Of a stretch of DNA of 25,349 nucleotides, positions 16,806 through 25,349 are shown piece by piece. Origin of the DNA: Bdellovibrionota bacterium (GTDB taxonomy: Bacteria; Bdellovibrionota; UBA1018; UBA923); the NCBI GenBank assembly GCA_040754655.1, contig JBFMCE010000056.1, positions 1 to 25,349 of the forward strand, written 5' to 3'. The notes under the pieces are model-generated. The model searched no databases. It was not told the origin of the DNA and saw only the letters and a program-made list of their open reading frames with translations. Numbering within the stretch: the stretch's first letter is position 1; each line of letters opens with the position of its first letter. The translations under genes and the position numbers were made by a program.

Positions 16806-18170
16806 ATGGGGCATAGCAGAGTTTTTCTTGCGCTTTTCACATTGGGTTTTGGATCTTCTGTCTTTGCGAAGTTACCACAAACCCCGCCGGCGACAAACCA
16901 CACGCGTTGGGCGGCCAATGATCAAGTTTATGTGGCCAACTCCCTTGGGCTAAACTCTTATCTCTCTTTTTTCACTCGCCGATCAATGCGAGCACACAGT
17001 GCAAATCCGATGGGCACACCTACCTTTCCCCAAAGGTCGGCGCTAAATCCGATGAACTATGTTCCGTGGGCTGAGACGACGTGGATGGCGACCCACCCGC
17101 ACTGTGATTATTCCGCAGTTTTGCACCAAACATTAGACCAGCATGTTCTCGTCGGCGGGCATTGGGTCGTGGCACCTGACCACTTTTCAACCCTTCACCA
17201 TGCAACTACTCAAATTGGAACCATGGTGGATCTTCCCCCAGTCACGGTGCAGAGCCCGTCTTCACCGGCCGTATCGTTGAGACGCTTGGTGCATAAGGCA
17301 ATTCCGACGCCAGACTGCAGGAAGGTTCTTGTTTCCTATAAAACACCGCTGACGTTGCCTTTTTCTCCGAACCCTACCCAGCTCTTTTTGGTCGATAAGT
17401 TTTCAAGGGTTGAGTTGCCTCTGCAGCACATGATCAAGGGGTCTTTTGTAGATTTCGCCGTAAATCCGATTCTGAACATGCTCTATGTCGTAACTAAAGA
17501 TCATGACCAGCATTCCGTTGGGTTTTTGAGGCTCTACTCGATCGCATTAAGCCTGCACTCGCCTGCGATGGTGCGTCAAGTGCAAGAACGCATCTTATCA
17601 GGGCACAGCATTTATCATTTTGTCGACAAAGCGCTTACGGTTGATCCTGCCGGACATCGAGTTTACTTACTGACCGTGCGTTCTCAAGACTCTTCGAACT
17701 ACCTTACCGTCTTTGATTCAAAAAAATTGGCCTTGAGCTCTGAAGTTCAGTTGAGCAATGGGGTGGGATCCATTTCAGCCATCGGTGTTGATCCAATCCG
17801 AAAGAAAATCTATGCGCCTGTATTTAAATACGTCGATCAAGGACAGCAACAACCCGTACCTGGTCAATACATCACGGTCATCGACTCACGGAGCTTGATC
17901 GTAGAGGCTGACCTCGATGTTTCAAACATCGTGGATGTGAATGCGGCGTTTGATGGCTCAAACGCCATTGAAGACATTGCCGTTGTCGGTTCGGGCCATC
18001 TTTTCGTGCTGAACCGAGACTACGCCGCTCAAATGAATTGGTTGAGAGTGCTCAAAGTTGATTTGAATAATTTCAAAGTTCAGCAAGATGGACCGCCGGT
18101 TATTCCAGATCCTTTTTCGTATTTATACCAATCTAAAGGACCGAGCCGGCTGTTTTCCCGGTATCATTGA
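16806..18170 (+). CDS. Secreted YncE/YVTN-like beta-propeller protein
   Basis: SD GAGG; signal peptide ending SSVFA; blade-like repeats QVYVAN, PTPDCRKVLV, FAVNPILNMLYVV, LTVDPAGHRVYLL..LTVFDS, IGVDPIRKKIYAP..ITVIDS, IAVVGSGHLFVL. Confidence 0.72.
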   Translation: MGHSRVFLALFTLGFGSSVFAKLPQTPPATNHTRWAANDQVYVANSLGLNSYLSFFTRRSMRAHSANPMGTPTFPQRSALNPMNYVPWAETTWMATHPHCDYSAVLHQTLDQHVLVGGHWVVAPDHFSTLHHATTQIGTMVDLPPVTVQSPSSPAVSLRRLVHKAIPTPDCRKVLVSYKTPLTLPFSPNPTQLFLVDKFSRVELPLQHMIKGSFVDFAVNPILNMLYVVTKDHDQHSVGFLRLYSIALSLHSPAMVRQVQERILSGHSIYHFVDKALTVDPAGHRVYLLTVRSQDSSNYLTVFDSKKLALSSEVQLSNGVGSISAIGVDPIRKKIYAPVFKYVDQGQQQPVPGQYITVIDSRSLIVEADLDVSNIVDVNAAFDGSNAIEDIAVVGSGHLFVLNRDYAAQMNWLRVLKVDLNNFKVQQDGPPVIPDPFSYLYQSKGPSRLFSRYH

Positions 18171-18208
18171 TTAAAAAATTGGATGGGATAGCACGCTCTA
18201 CCCCATCC
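18171..18208 (-). terminator. Intrinsic terminator between convergent genes
   Basis: Stem GGATGGG(A)TAG / CTA(C)CCCATCC at 18181-18208, followed on the minus strand by AATTTTTT. Confidence 0.6.
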
Positions 18209-18237
18209 TGTTGCAACGGCTTGCGAGACTTGGGAAC

Positions 18238-18624
18238 TCAAGGACTGCAAAGAGACCAAACAACGAATTTCTTTTTATTGTATACGAGGTTTTGAGGGCC
18301 TAAACCAGAAGGCCTAACATTGACCTTCATGAATACGCCATTGCGCTCTAAAACAAAGTCTTGTTGTAAAGTAACTTTCAATCCACAAGTGGGGGCCATC
18401 GACAGCGGGAAGCTTGCCAAATTGCTTTGACAATAAACATCCGGGCTAAATGGAGTATTGGCCGGAGCGCCTACTGTTTCGCTCGCGCTGGCGCAACTCG
18501 CTGAAACAACAACTGAGCTATACTTTGGAGTTCCTGACACCCCAGCTGTAGCAATAGGACCCGTCTGTCCGAAAGCTTGTCCTGAAAGAACAAGGATCAG
18601 ACTGCTCAAAAAAAGAACCTGCAT
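18238..18624 (-). CDS. Small secreted hypothetical protein with four Cys (128 aa)
   Basis: Strong SD GGAGGTGA before ATG 18624; signal MQVLFLSSLILVLSGQAFG; downstream terminator. Confidence 0.7.
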   Translation of the reverse strand: MQVLFLSSLILVLSGQAFGQTGPIATAGVSGTPKYSSVVVSASCASASETVGAPANTPFSPDVYCQSNLASFPLSMAPTCGLKVTLQQDFVLERNGVFMKVNVRPSGLGPQNLVYNKKKFVVWSLCSP

Positions 18625-18688
18625 GATCACCTCCAAAGATGGTTAAAAACTCGAATGATGTAAAAAGTATGACTCAAATTTGCTTAAA

Positions 18689-18720
18689 AGAGAAGATCCA
18701 AGAGAAGATCCAGAAGATCC
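18689..18720. repeat. Triple direct repeat AGAAGATCC
   Basis: Copies at 18691-18699, 18703-18711 and 18712-18720; the first two extend to a perfect 12-bp tandem AGAGAAGATCCA. Confidence 0.8.
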
Positions 18721-18732
18721 CAATATTTCGAG

Positions 18733-18818
18733 TGGTGCCGACGGAGGGAGTCGAACCCACACGCCTTTTGGGCACTAGGTTCTAAGCCTAGCGTGTCTGC
18801 CAGTTCCACCACGTCGGC
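18733..18818 (-). tRNA. tRNA-Leu, anticodon UAG, encoded CCA
   Basis: GCCGACG acceptor stem, D-loop GGAACTGGCAGAC, anticodon arm CTAGG-CTTAGAA-CCTAG, long variable arm, GGTTCGACTCC T-arm, 3' CGTCGGCACCA. Confidence 0.97.
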
Positions 18819-18913
18819 ACTCATGAACAGACATAGAACTTTAACGGACGGGATGCCTCACGAGTTATCAGCTCGAGAAGGAAATAACAAGAGTAAGTTC
18901 TTTTTTGGGTCGC

Positions 18914-21160
18914 CTATGACTTGGGTTTTTTAGCGACCGACTGCTGGCCCAGCGTTGGTCCGGTGGCGCCGGCATTGTGAAGAGGTGTGCTACCGCGCTG
19001 AGTTTGCGGTTTTTGCGGTTGCTGCGGCTGCCCCTTGGTCGCGGCTTTGAGCTGCCCTTGCACGCGTACAAGCTCAATTCTGAGGTTAGTCTCTTCAAGT
19101 TTAAGCTCATCAAATCGTTTACGCGTTCGTTCAAGCTCATCTTTCATCGCCTTTGAGAGCTTATTTGCTTGGTCGAGCTTGTGCCGTACTTCGGCCTCAG
19201 ACTCAGCCCCAGAGCCGGATCTTCTGTTCAAATCGTGCGCAGCGCCCCCCGATTTCTGTTGGTTCGAGCCGCTAGAAACTTGCATGAGTTTCATCTGCAG
19301 TTCTTTGTTTTGCCGTTTGAGCTCTTCAGTGAGGGGCTTCTGTTTTGAGAGCTCTTGTTGCAGCAAGATGCGGGCGCTTGAGTCTTCCTGCCATTTCTTC
19401 TGCAGTTCTTCGAACCTGACGATCAATTTCTGATGCGCCTCTTTCGAGACCTCTAAATTTCGCTCAGTGCTCGCCAACTTTTGGTTGAACTCATTCTTAT
19501 CAAGGTTGCCCGCGCTCGCAAGTCTCTTGGTTTCTTCGAGTGATTTGAGCGTATTCGTTAGAGTTTCTTTGGTCTTGGAAAGCGAAAGTTCTTTTTGTCT
19601 GAGCTGTTCGTCTTTCAGCCTGATCTCTTCTCGAAGAGCCGTTTCCTGCGTTTTGAAATCAAATTCTTTCTTCTTAAGATGAGTTGCTACGGCCCGCGCC
19701 CGATCATTTAGCGCCGCACGATCTTTGAGCATGTCCTCCATGAACCCCTTGGCCCATGCGCGGGCGCTCTCGGGCACTACGCCCTTTTCTATTTCGCTTT
19801 GGTAGCGCTCAACGAGTTTCTGGAATTTCACATCGAGTTCTTCAAAGTCGGCCAAGACATGCTCTTTTGATTCAGCCTTTTCTTGTCCATCAATGAATTC
19901 ACTCGAGCTCGAGCTCAAACTCGAACCCGAAGCCTGCCGATTGACGAGGGTTTGCTTCTCTGCTTTGAGAGCCTCGACCTTGCTATTCAAATGGTCAATC
20001 TGATCTTGATAGTGCTTGCTCTTCAAGGCCATCTGAGCATCTTTGGCGCGTAGCACCTGTTGAAGATCTTCAGAGTACTTCTCTTTCAAATCTTTGACGT
20101 TCAGTTCTTCATCCGTCAGATCTTGAGGGCCTCCGCCTGAGACAACAATACGGTCATCAATCACCCGATCAGCGGCACCGCCCGATTTTTCAGAGATCCG
20201 ACCCCAGTCTTTCCCGGAGGCTTTCCCTTTTTGCTCGGAATCAGAAGCAAGATCCTCGCCTTCCCCGGCCTTTTTCATCAAGGAAGTTAAAAACTGGTCG
20301 TCCTCTTTATTTTTTTCTGGCGTTTCCGCCAATGAGGGTTCCGCTTCAGTCCGCTCACTAGTCAACGCCTCTTTTGGATCCGATTTTTTTTCAAGCGACT
20401 TGAATTCAGGTTCAGCGTCTTGTTTTGGTTGATCGAGGCGCTTGACCTTCCAGTTTGAGAGCCCAGCCGTCGACGCGTCTTCCCGGGCGGCGCCCCTTAA
20501 TCCGCTTGTCTTGCTTTTCTTCTCGTCTTCGCGTTCGTCCTGTAAAAACTCCCTCACTTTTCCAGTCGAAAGCGGGCTTGGGATCGCTACCTCGGTGCGA
20601 AGGTTGGGTTGCACGATGTCTTCGACCGAATCTACATTGACGTACTCAATGCCGCTGCCCTTCGCATTGGCCTGCGCCGAAACGAATGCGACCAGCTGAA
20701 CTCTGCCGGTGGTCTGTTCATGCCGAATCACAAGGCCGTCTGAGAGTGCCTGGATTTTTTCAAACATGCCCGCCATCCTCGAGGCGGCCTCATTTGAAGG
20801 CAGTCCATTTCCGGGGACAAACCCTTGCACATCTGGAGCCACGAAATGCGACACCGAGATGATCAAGCGAATGTCATCCCAGCCAAATTCAATCTCCACG
20901 CACTTGGCCGAATCACCTTCGCGCGAATTGGTCCAGCCGTTGAAGATGGCGATCTCAAGGATTTGGCGAATGCGGCATTCAAACTCGAGCGGTTGTTGAG
21001 CCGCATCGAGAAACGACTTGCTTTCATACAGACAAAAATCGATCACTCTTCCGATATGGCGGATTGAAAAGAGCGTCTCGTAAAGCACTCGCGCATTGGC
21101 GCGAAGCATTTCTTCAACGCCGGCTCGCAATTTCTGTGAAAGCGTTGCAGCTTCGGTCAT
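18914..21160 (-). CDS. Large cytoplasmic protein: degenerate HATPase/RsbW-like N-domain, charged disordered linker, long coiled coil
   Basis: 748-aa ORF; E/K/Q/L-rich heptad-like C-terminal half; no signal or TM segment; ATGA overlap with upstream gene. The domain call is by eye. Confidence 0.7.
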   Translation of the reverse strand: MTEAATLSQKLRAGVEEMLRANARVLYETLFSIRHIGRVIDFCLYESKSFLDAAQQPLEFECRIRQILEIAIFNGWTNSREGDSAKCVEIEFGWDDIRLIISVSHFVAPDVQGFVPGNGLPSNEAASRMAGMFEKIQALSDGLVIRHEQTTGRVQLVAFVSAQANAKGSGIEYVNVDSVEDIVQPNLRTEVAIPSPLSTGKVREFLQDEREDEKKSKTSGLRGAAREDASTAGLSNWKVKRLDQPKQDAEPEFKSLEKKSDPKEALTSERTEAEPSLAETPEKNKEDDQFLTSLMKKAGEGEDLASDSEQKGKASGKDWGRISEKSGGAADRVIDDRIVVSGGGPQDLTDEELNVKDLKEKYSEDLQQVLRAKDAQMALKSKHYQDQIDHLNSKVEALKAEKQTLVNRQASGSSLSSSSSEFIDGQEKAESKEHVLADFEELDVKFQKLVERYQSEIEKGVVPESARAWAKGFMEDMLKDRAALNDRARAVATHLKKKEFDFKTQETALREEIRLKDEQLRQKELSLSKTKETLTNTLKSLEETKRLASAGNLDKNEFNQKLASTERNLEVSKEAHQKLIVRFEELQKKWQEDSSARILLQQELSKQKPLTEELKRQNKELQMKLMQVSSGSNQQKSGGAAHDLNRRSGSGAESEAEVRHKLDQANKLSKAMKDELERTRKRFDELKLEETNLRIELVRVQGQLKAATKGQPQQPQKPQTQRGSTPLHNAGATGPTLGQQSVAKKPKS

Positions 21161-22095
21161 GCCGCCACCTTCGCTTTCGGGACAGGCCCGTCGACGACCT
21201 CACGAAGCTTCGTCCCTCGGGCTGAGAGCCCCCGCTTGAACAAGCCTCCGAACTGGCCAATGAGTTTTCGGGCGATGCGCATCTGCTCTACCCGTTGAAA
21301 ATTCATCTGCTCTTGCCCGCAAACCCAGCGAGAGAACTCTAAAACTTCGACCAACTCATCACCCAAGGCTTTACAGGTATTCTGAGACGCCAAGAGCGAC
21401 TTAAAGCGCTGATCCAGCATCGGAACCCCGGGCACCTTCTTTGATTCGATCAATTGGAGAGCCTTCCGTCGCTGTTCATCGGAAAGCAAAAATGAGCCGC
21501 CCTCTGAAGAAAGCCCTTGGGCAGCGATGGCTTCGCAAAACGCAGTTTCAACAAATTGCCTGATGAAAGAAGCGTTGCTATAGCCCAACCAAAGCGCGAT
21601 CAAACCGGCCGTGGTTGAAAGGCGAACGCTCTTCTCATAATTTTCGATTGAAAGATCCGCGACGTAAAAAAGCGTTTCCGAAACGGGGATGCGAAAGGTG
21701 CGATAAAAAAACAATACCGTCGCTAGCGAGTTCTGATCAAATAAATGCGGCACCAACCACCGTGTCGCCCTGCGAATCCGCCTGTTCTTATCAAAGCTCG
21801 GCACATCCGTGCTCTCACACAATTCGTTCACGATCACCGCCGAACGGCGCAACTTAGGGAAGCGCTCACCCAGAGTGCCAAGGCTTGAATAGACATTCCC
21901 CAAGCGCTTGAACTTTTCAAGCGTTCGCTCTTCAAGGGGATGCAATTCCCTGATCATGCACACATACTTGTTTTGGCTGGGCAGAAACATGTACAAAGGC
22001 CTGTCGACCAACATGCCCACTCGAAGAGTGGTAAGGTCGACCGTCTTGTACTTGCCTTGAGACTGCTCTGCCGAATCCGCGGTCACTTGAGCCAT
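21157..22095 (-). CDS. Hypothetical protein resembling a degenerate HD-GYP/HD-domain protein
   Basis: N-terminus YKTVDLTTLRVGMLVDRPLYMFLPSQNKYV resembles N-domains found on HD-GYP proteins. NYEKSVRLSTTAGLIALWLGY...TAFCEAIA aligns by eye to Y.HS.rV...a..ia..lG...allHDIG. Confidence 0.6.
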   Translation of the reverse strand: MAQVTADSAEQSQGKYKTVDLTTLRVGMLVDRPLYMFLPSQNKYVCMIRELHPLEERTLEKFKRLGNVYSSLGTLGERFPKLRRSAVIVNELCESTDVPSFDKNRRIRRATRWLVPHLFDQNSLATVLFFYRTFRIPVSETLFYVADLSIENYEKSVRLSTTAGLIALWLGYSNASFIRQFVETAFCEAIAAQGLSSEGGSFLLSDEQRRKALQLIESKKVPGVPMLDQRFKSLLASQNTCKALGDELVEVLEFSRWVCGQEQMNFQRVEQMRIARKLIGQFGGLFKRGLSARGTKLREVVDGPVPKAKVAA

Positions 22096-22159
22096 ATCGT
22101 TAAATGAAGCACCTTAAATTTGAGGCAAACCCTTCCTTTTACAGGGTTCTTCCTTGTTT

Positions 22160-22187
22160 TTATCGGAAGGCAAAAAAATAAGGTTCA
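22160..22187 (-). promoter_or_regulatory. Candidate sigma28 (FliA)-type promoter
   Basis: TGAA (22187-22184), 16-nt spacer, TCCGATAA (22167-22160); consensus is TAAA-N15-GCCGATAA. Confidence 0.4.
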
Positions 22188-22273
22188 GTCGTTTCTGGCG
22201 AAGTCAGGGCGAACCTGGACAAGTTTTGCCAGGTCGAGGATTTTACGGTGATTTTAGGGAAAAACTTGCCTAT

Positions 22274-23272
22274 TTACCTGCCGACGACTGGTTCTCCGGC
22301 GTAATAACAAGCCGCCACGTGCTGCAATTCGCCATGCTCGACCAATGGTGGAAATGCCGATTTGCAGTTCTCTCGCATGATCGGGCAACGCGGGTGAAAG
22401 TAACACCCTTGAGGCGGATTGATCGGGCTGGGAACGTCGCCTTGCAGGATGATGCGGTCTCTCTTCACGCCAGGATTTGGCAATGGAATCGCTGAGAGCA
22501 AAGCCTTCGTGTAAGGGTGTTGTGGATTCGTGTAAATTTTTTCGCTTGAGGCGAGCTCGACGATTTTCCCCAAATACATGACCGCAACCTTGTTGCTCAC
22601 GTGCTCGACGACCTTAAGGTCATGGGAAATGAACAAATAAGTGAGTTTGAACTCTTCTTGAAGATCCATCATCAAATTCAAGATCTGCGATTGAATCGAG
22701 ACGTCAAGCGCGCTCACCGGCTCATCGCACACGATGAACTCAGGCTCAACCGCAAGTGCCCTTGCGATGCAAATGCGCTGGCGTTGCCCGCCCGAAAACT
22801 CATGAGGATAGCGGTTCATCGCCTCAGCGCGCAAACCGCAAAGGTCGAGCAACTTACGGATTCGCTGGCTTCGTTCACCTTTATAAAGGCCATGGATCTC
22901 TAACGGCTCGCCGATGATGTCTCCCACGGTCATTCGCGGATTCAACGAAGCATACGGGTCTTGAAAGATGATTTGCATTCGCCGCCTGAGCCGCCGAAGT
23001 TCTCCCGCGGGAAGCGCCGTGACGTCAACACCGCCAAACTTTACCTTTCCGCTCGTGGGCTCGATGAGGCGCAAGATGCAGCGGCCCAGCGTCGACTTCC
23101 CGCAACCAGACTCACCGACCAGTCCTAGCGTTTCACCCCGGTTCACCGTGAAACTCACATCAGCGACGGCTTTCACGCTCGCAACCGTGCGAGACAGAAT
23201 GCCCCCCTTGATGGGAAAGCTTTTCACCAAGTTCTCGACTTCAACTAAGGGGTTTGCGTTAACAGTTGTCAT
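22274..23272 (-). CDS. oppF: Oligopeptide/dipeptide ABC transporter ATP-binding subunit (OppF/DppF type)
   Basis: Walker [41 protein letters not shown], oligo_HPY domain [17 protein letters not shown]; start placed at ATG 23272. Confidence 0.92.
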   Translation of the reverse strand: MTTVNANPLVEVENLVKSFPIKGGILSRTVASVKAVADVSFTVNRGETLGLVGESGCGKSTLGRCILRLIEPTSGKVKFGGVDVTALPAGELRRLRRRMQIIFQDPYASLNPRMTVGDIIGEPLEIHGLYKGERSQRIRKLLDLCGLRAEAMNRYPHEFSGGQRQRICIARALAVEPEFIVCDEPVSALDVSIQSQILNLMMDLQEEFKLTYLFISHDLKVVEHVSNKVAVMYLGKIVELASSEKIYTNPQHPYTKALLSAIPLPNPGVKRDRIILQGDVPSPINPPQGCYFHPRCPIMRENCKSAFPPLVEHGELQHVAACYYAGEPVVGR

Positions 23273-23277
23273 TATGC

Positions 23278-24258
23278 TCACAAATCCTTGTAACACGCGA
23301 TTCGATGTTCTGGGCCGACTTCCCTGAGTTCAGGCTCTGCTCCCCTACACACATCCATCACATAAGGGCATCGCGATTGGAACCTGCACCCTTTGGGCAA
23401 CTCAGAAAGGCTTGGGACGATTCCCGGAATGGTCTCGAGCCTTCGTTTCTTTTCATGCTTCTGAGTCAAATCAAACGTTGGAATCGACTTCATCAAACCC
23501 CGTGTGTAGGGGTGCTTGGCATTTCGAAAAATTTCCTTGACCTGCCCTTGTTCCACAACCTTGCCCGCATACATCACCAAAACCTCATCAGCCGTCTCGG
23601 CGATGATGCCAAGATCATGGGTGATCAAGATGAGCGCCATGCCCAGGGTCTCTCTGAGCTTTTTCATCAATTCAAGGATCTGGGCCTGGATCGTGACATC
23701 GAGCGCGGTCGTAGGTTCATCCGCGATCAAAACATGAGGGTTGCATGACAGCGCCATCGCAATCATCACTCTCTGCCGCATCCCACCTGAGAGTTGGTGC
23801 GGATAGTCGTGCACGCGTTTTTCAGGCGACGGGATGCCAACAAGTTTTAGCATCGCGACTGCCCGGTCCAGGGCTTCTTTTTTGGATACTTTTTGGTGCA
23901 AGACGATCGCTTCGGTGATCTGGTCGCCCACGGTAAATACCGGATTGAGCGAAGTCATCGGCTCCTGAAAAATCATCGAGATCTCATTGCCTCGGATCTT
24001 GCGCATTTCCGCTATGGGAAGCTTCAAGAGATCTTTTCCGTTGTATAAGATCGAGCCGCTTTGAATTTCACCGGGAGGATTCGGAATGAGCCGCATGATC
24101 GACAGCGAGGTGACTGATTTTCCGCAACCAGACTCGCCAACAATCCCCAAGGTCTTGCCCTTGTAGACATTGAAACTCACGTCATCCACTGCACGAAGCA
24201 CTCCGGCTTCGGTGCGAAATGTCGTCACTAGATTTTTGACCTCGAGAACTTTTTCCAT
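23278..24258 (-). CDS. oppD: Oligopeptide/dipeptide ABC transporter ATP-binding subunit (OppD/DppD type)
   Basis: [61 protein letters not shown]. Confidence 0.92.
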   Translation of the reverse strand: MEKVLEVKNLVTTFRTEAGVLRAVDDVSFNVYKGKTLGIVGESGCGKSVTSLSIMRLIPNPPGEIQSGSILYNGKDLLKLPIAEMRKIRGNEISMIFQEPMTSLNPVFTVGDQITEAIVLHQKVSKKEALDRAVAMLKLVGIPSPEKRVHDYPHQLSGGMRQRVMIAMALSCNPHVLIADEPTTALDVTIQAQILELMKKLRETLGMALILITHDLGIIAETADEVLVMYAGKVVEQGQVKEIFRNAKHPYTRGLMKSIPTFDLTQKHEKKRRLETIPGIVPSLSELPKGCRFQSRCPYVMDVCRGAEPELREVGPEHRIACYKDL

Positions 24259-25163
24259 CAGCCCTTCTTTAGCTTCGGATCAAGAGAGTCGCGAAGCGCA
24301 TCACCCAAGATATTAAACGCCAGTACGATGAAAAGCATCGCCACCGTGGCCGACGACAATTGCCACCAAACCCCGCGCGCCAGCTCTTGTTTCGCGTCAT
24401 CGATCATCACGCCCCAACTGGGCTGACCCTGCACACCTAGACCTAAGTAAGATAGAATAACTTCAGTTTTAATGGCAATTTGGAATTGCAGCGACAAGTT
24501 GATAATGACGATATGAACGACATTCGGAAAGATATGCCTGAAAATCCTGATGCAGTGCCCTGCGCCTATGCTTTCCGCCGCAATCACGTATTCGCGACTG
24601 CGATGTTTCATGAACTCTCCGCGAATGAGCCGGGCTAAGCCTACCCAACTCGTCACGCCCAGGGCAATATAAACTGAAAAGATTCCTTTACCCAGCACAT
24701 AGGTGAAAGCGATCAGCAGCATGATGCTGGGGATTGACGAGAGCGTCGTGTAGAACCAGACCACCAGCTCATCTACCCAACCACCAAAGTAGCCTGCCAA
24801 TGCTCCGAGCAGAACGCCGATGGGAATCGCGATCAATGCCGTCACCAGCCCCACGCTCATCGCGATCCTGGTGCCATGCAACATCTTGTAAAAAACACTT
24901 CTCCCAAAGATGTCTGTCCCTAACCACAACTTCGTATTTTCAAATGACGGAGCAGAGTAAGCTTTTCCAACCTCGGCATCCCAAGGCGTGGCAATCAATC
25001 CAAACTTCGCGCTCAATGCAATGAGCGAATAAAAAAAGACGATCGCAAGCGCAGCTATCGCTAACTTGTCTTTTTTGAGGCGAATCCAGGCGTCTTGCCA
25101 CAAAGATTTACCTTCGGCATGAGAAGCTGGATGGTTTTCCCAAACTGTCGCTTTCTCGCTCAT
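24258..25163 (-). CDS. oppC: Oligopeptide/dipeptide ABC transporter permease (OppC/DppC type)
   Basis: [11 protein letters not shown]-terminal motif, [12 protein letters not shown] loop [33 protein letters not shown]. Confidence 0.92.
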   Translation of the reverse strand: MSEKATVWENHPASHAEGKSLWQDAWIRLKKDKLAIAALAIVFFYSLIALSAKFGLIATPWDAEVGKAYSAPSFENTKLWLGTDIFGRSVFYKMLHGTRIAMSVGLVTALIAIPIGVLLGALAGYFGGWVDELVVWFYTTLSSIPSIMLLIAFTYVLGKGIFSVYIALGVTSWVGLARLIRGEFMKHRSREYVIAAESIGAGHCIRIFRHIFPNVVHIVIINLSLQFQIAIKTEVILSYLGLGVQGQPSWGVMIDDAKQELARGVWWQLSSATVAMLFIVLAFNILGDALRDSLDPKLKKG

Positions 25164-25348
25164 CTCAATCTCACTCTAGGGTCTACGACGCTATAAAGCA
25201 CGTCACTTGCTAAGTTTGAAACGATGAACAACAACGTACCGAGCGTGGTCATCGCTTTGATGACCGGAAAATCCGAGTTGTGAATTGCATCGATGGTGAT
25301 GCTCCCCAATCCCGGAATGCCAAAGAAGTTCTCAAGCAGAAAAGATCC
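25160..25348 (-). CDS. oppB: Oligopeptide/dipeptide ABC permease (OppB/DppB type), 3' end only
   Basis: Translates GSFLLENFFGIPGLGSITIDAIHNSDFPVI...[19 protein letters not shown] overlap with oppC; truncated by window edge. Confidence 0.9.
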   Translation of the reverse strand, partial: GSFLLENFFGIPGLGSITIDAIHNSDFPVIKAMTTLGTLLFIVSNLASDVLYSVVDPRVRLR

Positions 25349-25349
25349 C

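Noticed and set aside
18689..18720. Repeat considered as a mini CRISPR array
   Set aside because: Units are 9-12 bp with no spacers, and no cas genes are present.
18995..19035. TGCGG-containing short repeats near the end of the coiled-coil gene
   Set aside because: Explained by the low-complexity peptide QPQQPQKPQTQ.
22274..25349. opp/dpp operon as a novel system
   Set aside because: Canonical peptide ABC transporter order and motifs; the substrate cannot be inferred because the binding protein is outside the window.

Overview
This is a bacterial chromosomal window of roughly 50% GC (by eye). Gene content and style suggest Bdellovibrionota/Oligoflexia or a related former delta-proteobacterium, which is an inference. 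Most of it is a long minus-strand housekeeping array: oppB(partial)-oppC-oppD-oppF, two unknown genes, tRNA-Leu(UAG), then rpsB(with t44-like leader)-tsf-frr-uppS-cdsA-rseP-tsaB-psd-pssA-asd-[CFI-box-CTERM surface protein + outer-membrane beta-barrel]-truA-tig-cNMP-binding protein. It converges on a plus-strand cluster (GT2 glycosyltransferase, DUF374-like acyltransferase). Three orphan secreted-protein genes sit between tRNA-Leu and rpsB. The most interesting signals are: (1) a translationally coupled pair with its own candidate promoter, made of an FN3-like CFI-box-CTERM surface protein and an 8-stranded OM barrel with a triple QPYI repeat, a candidate surface-display/sorting module; (2) a coupled pair of apparent pseudo-enzymes (degenerate HD-GYP-like protein plus degenerate HATPase fused to a long coiled coil) behind a sigma28-like promoter; (3) clean absence of pyrH and dxr from the rpsB-rseP cluster and of clpPX after tig. 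No CRISPR array, rRNA, integrase or transposase was seen.
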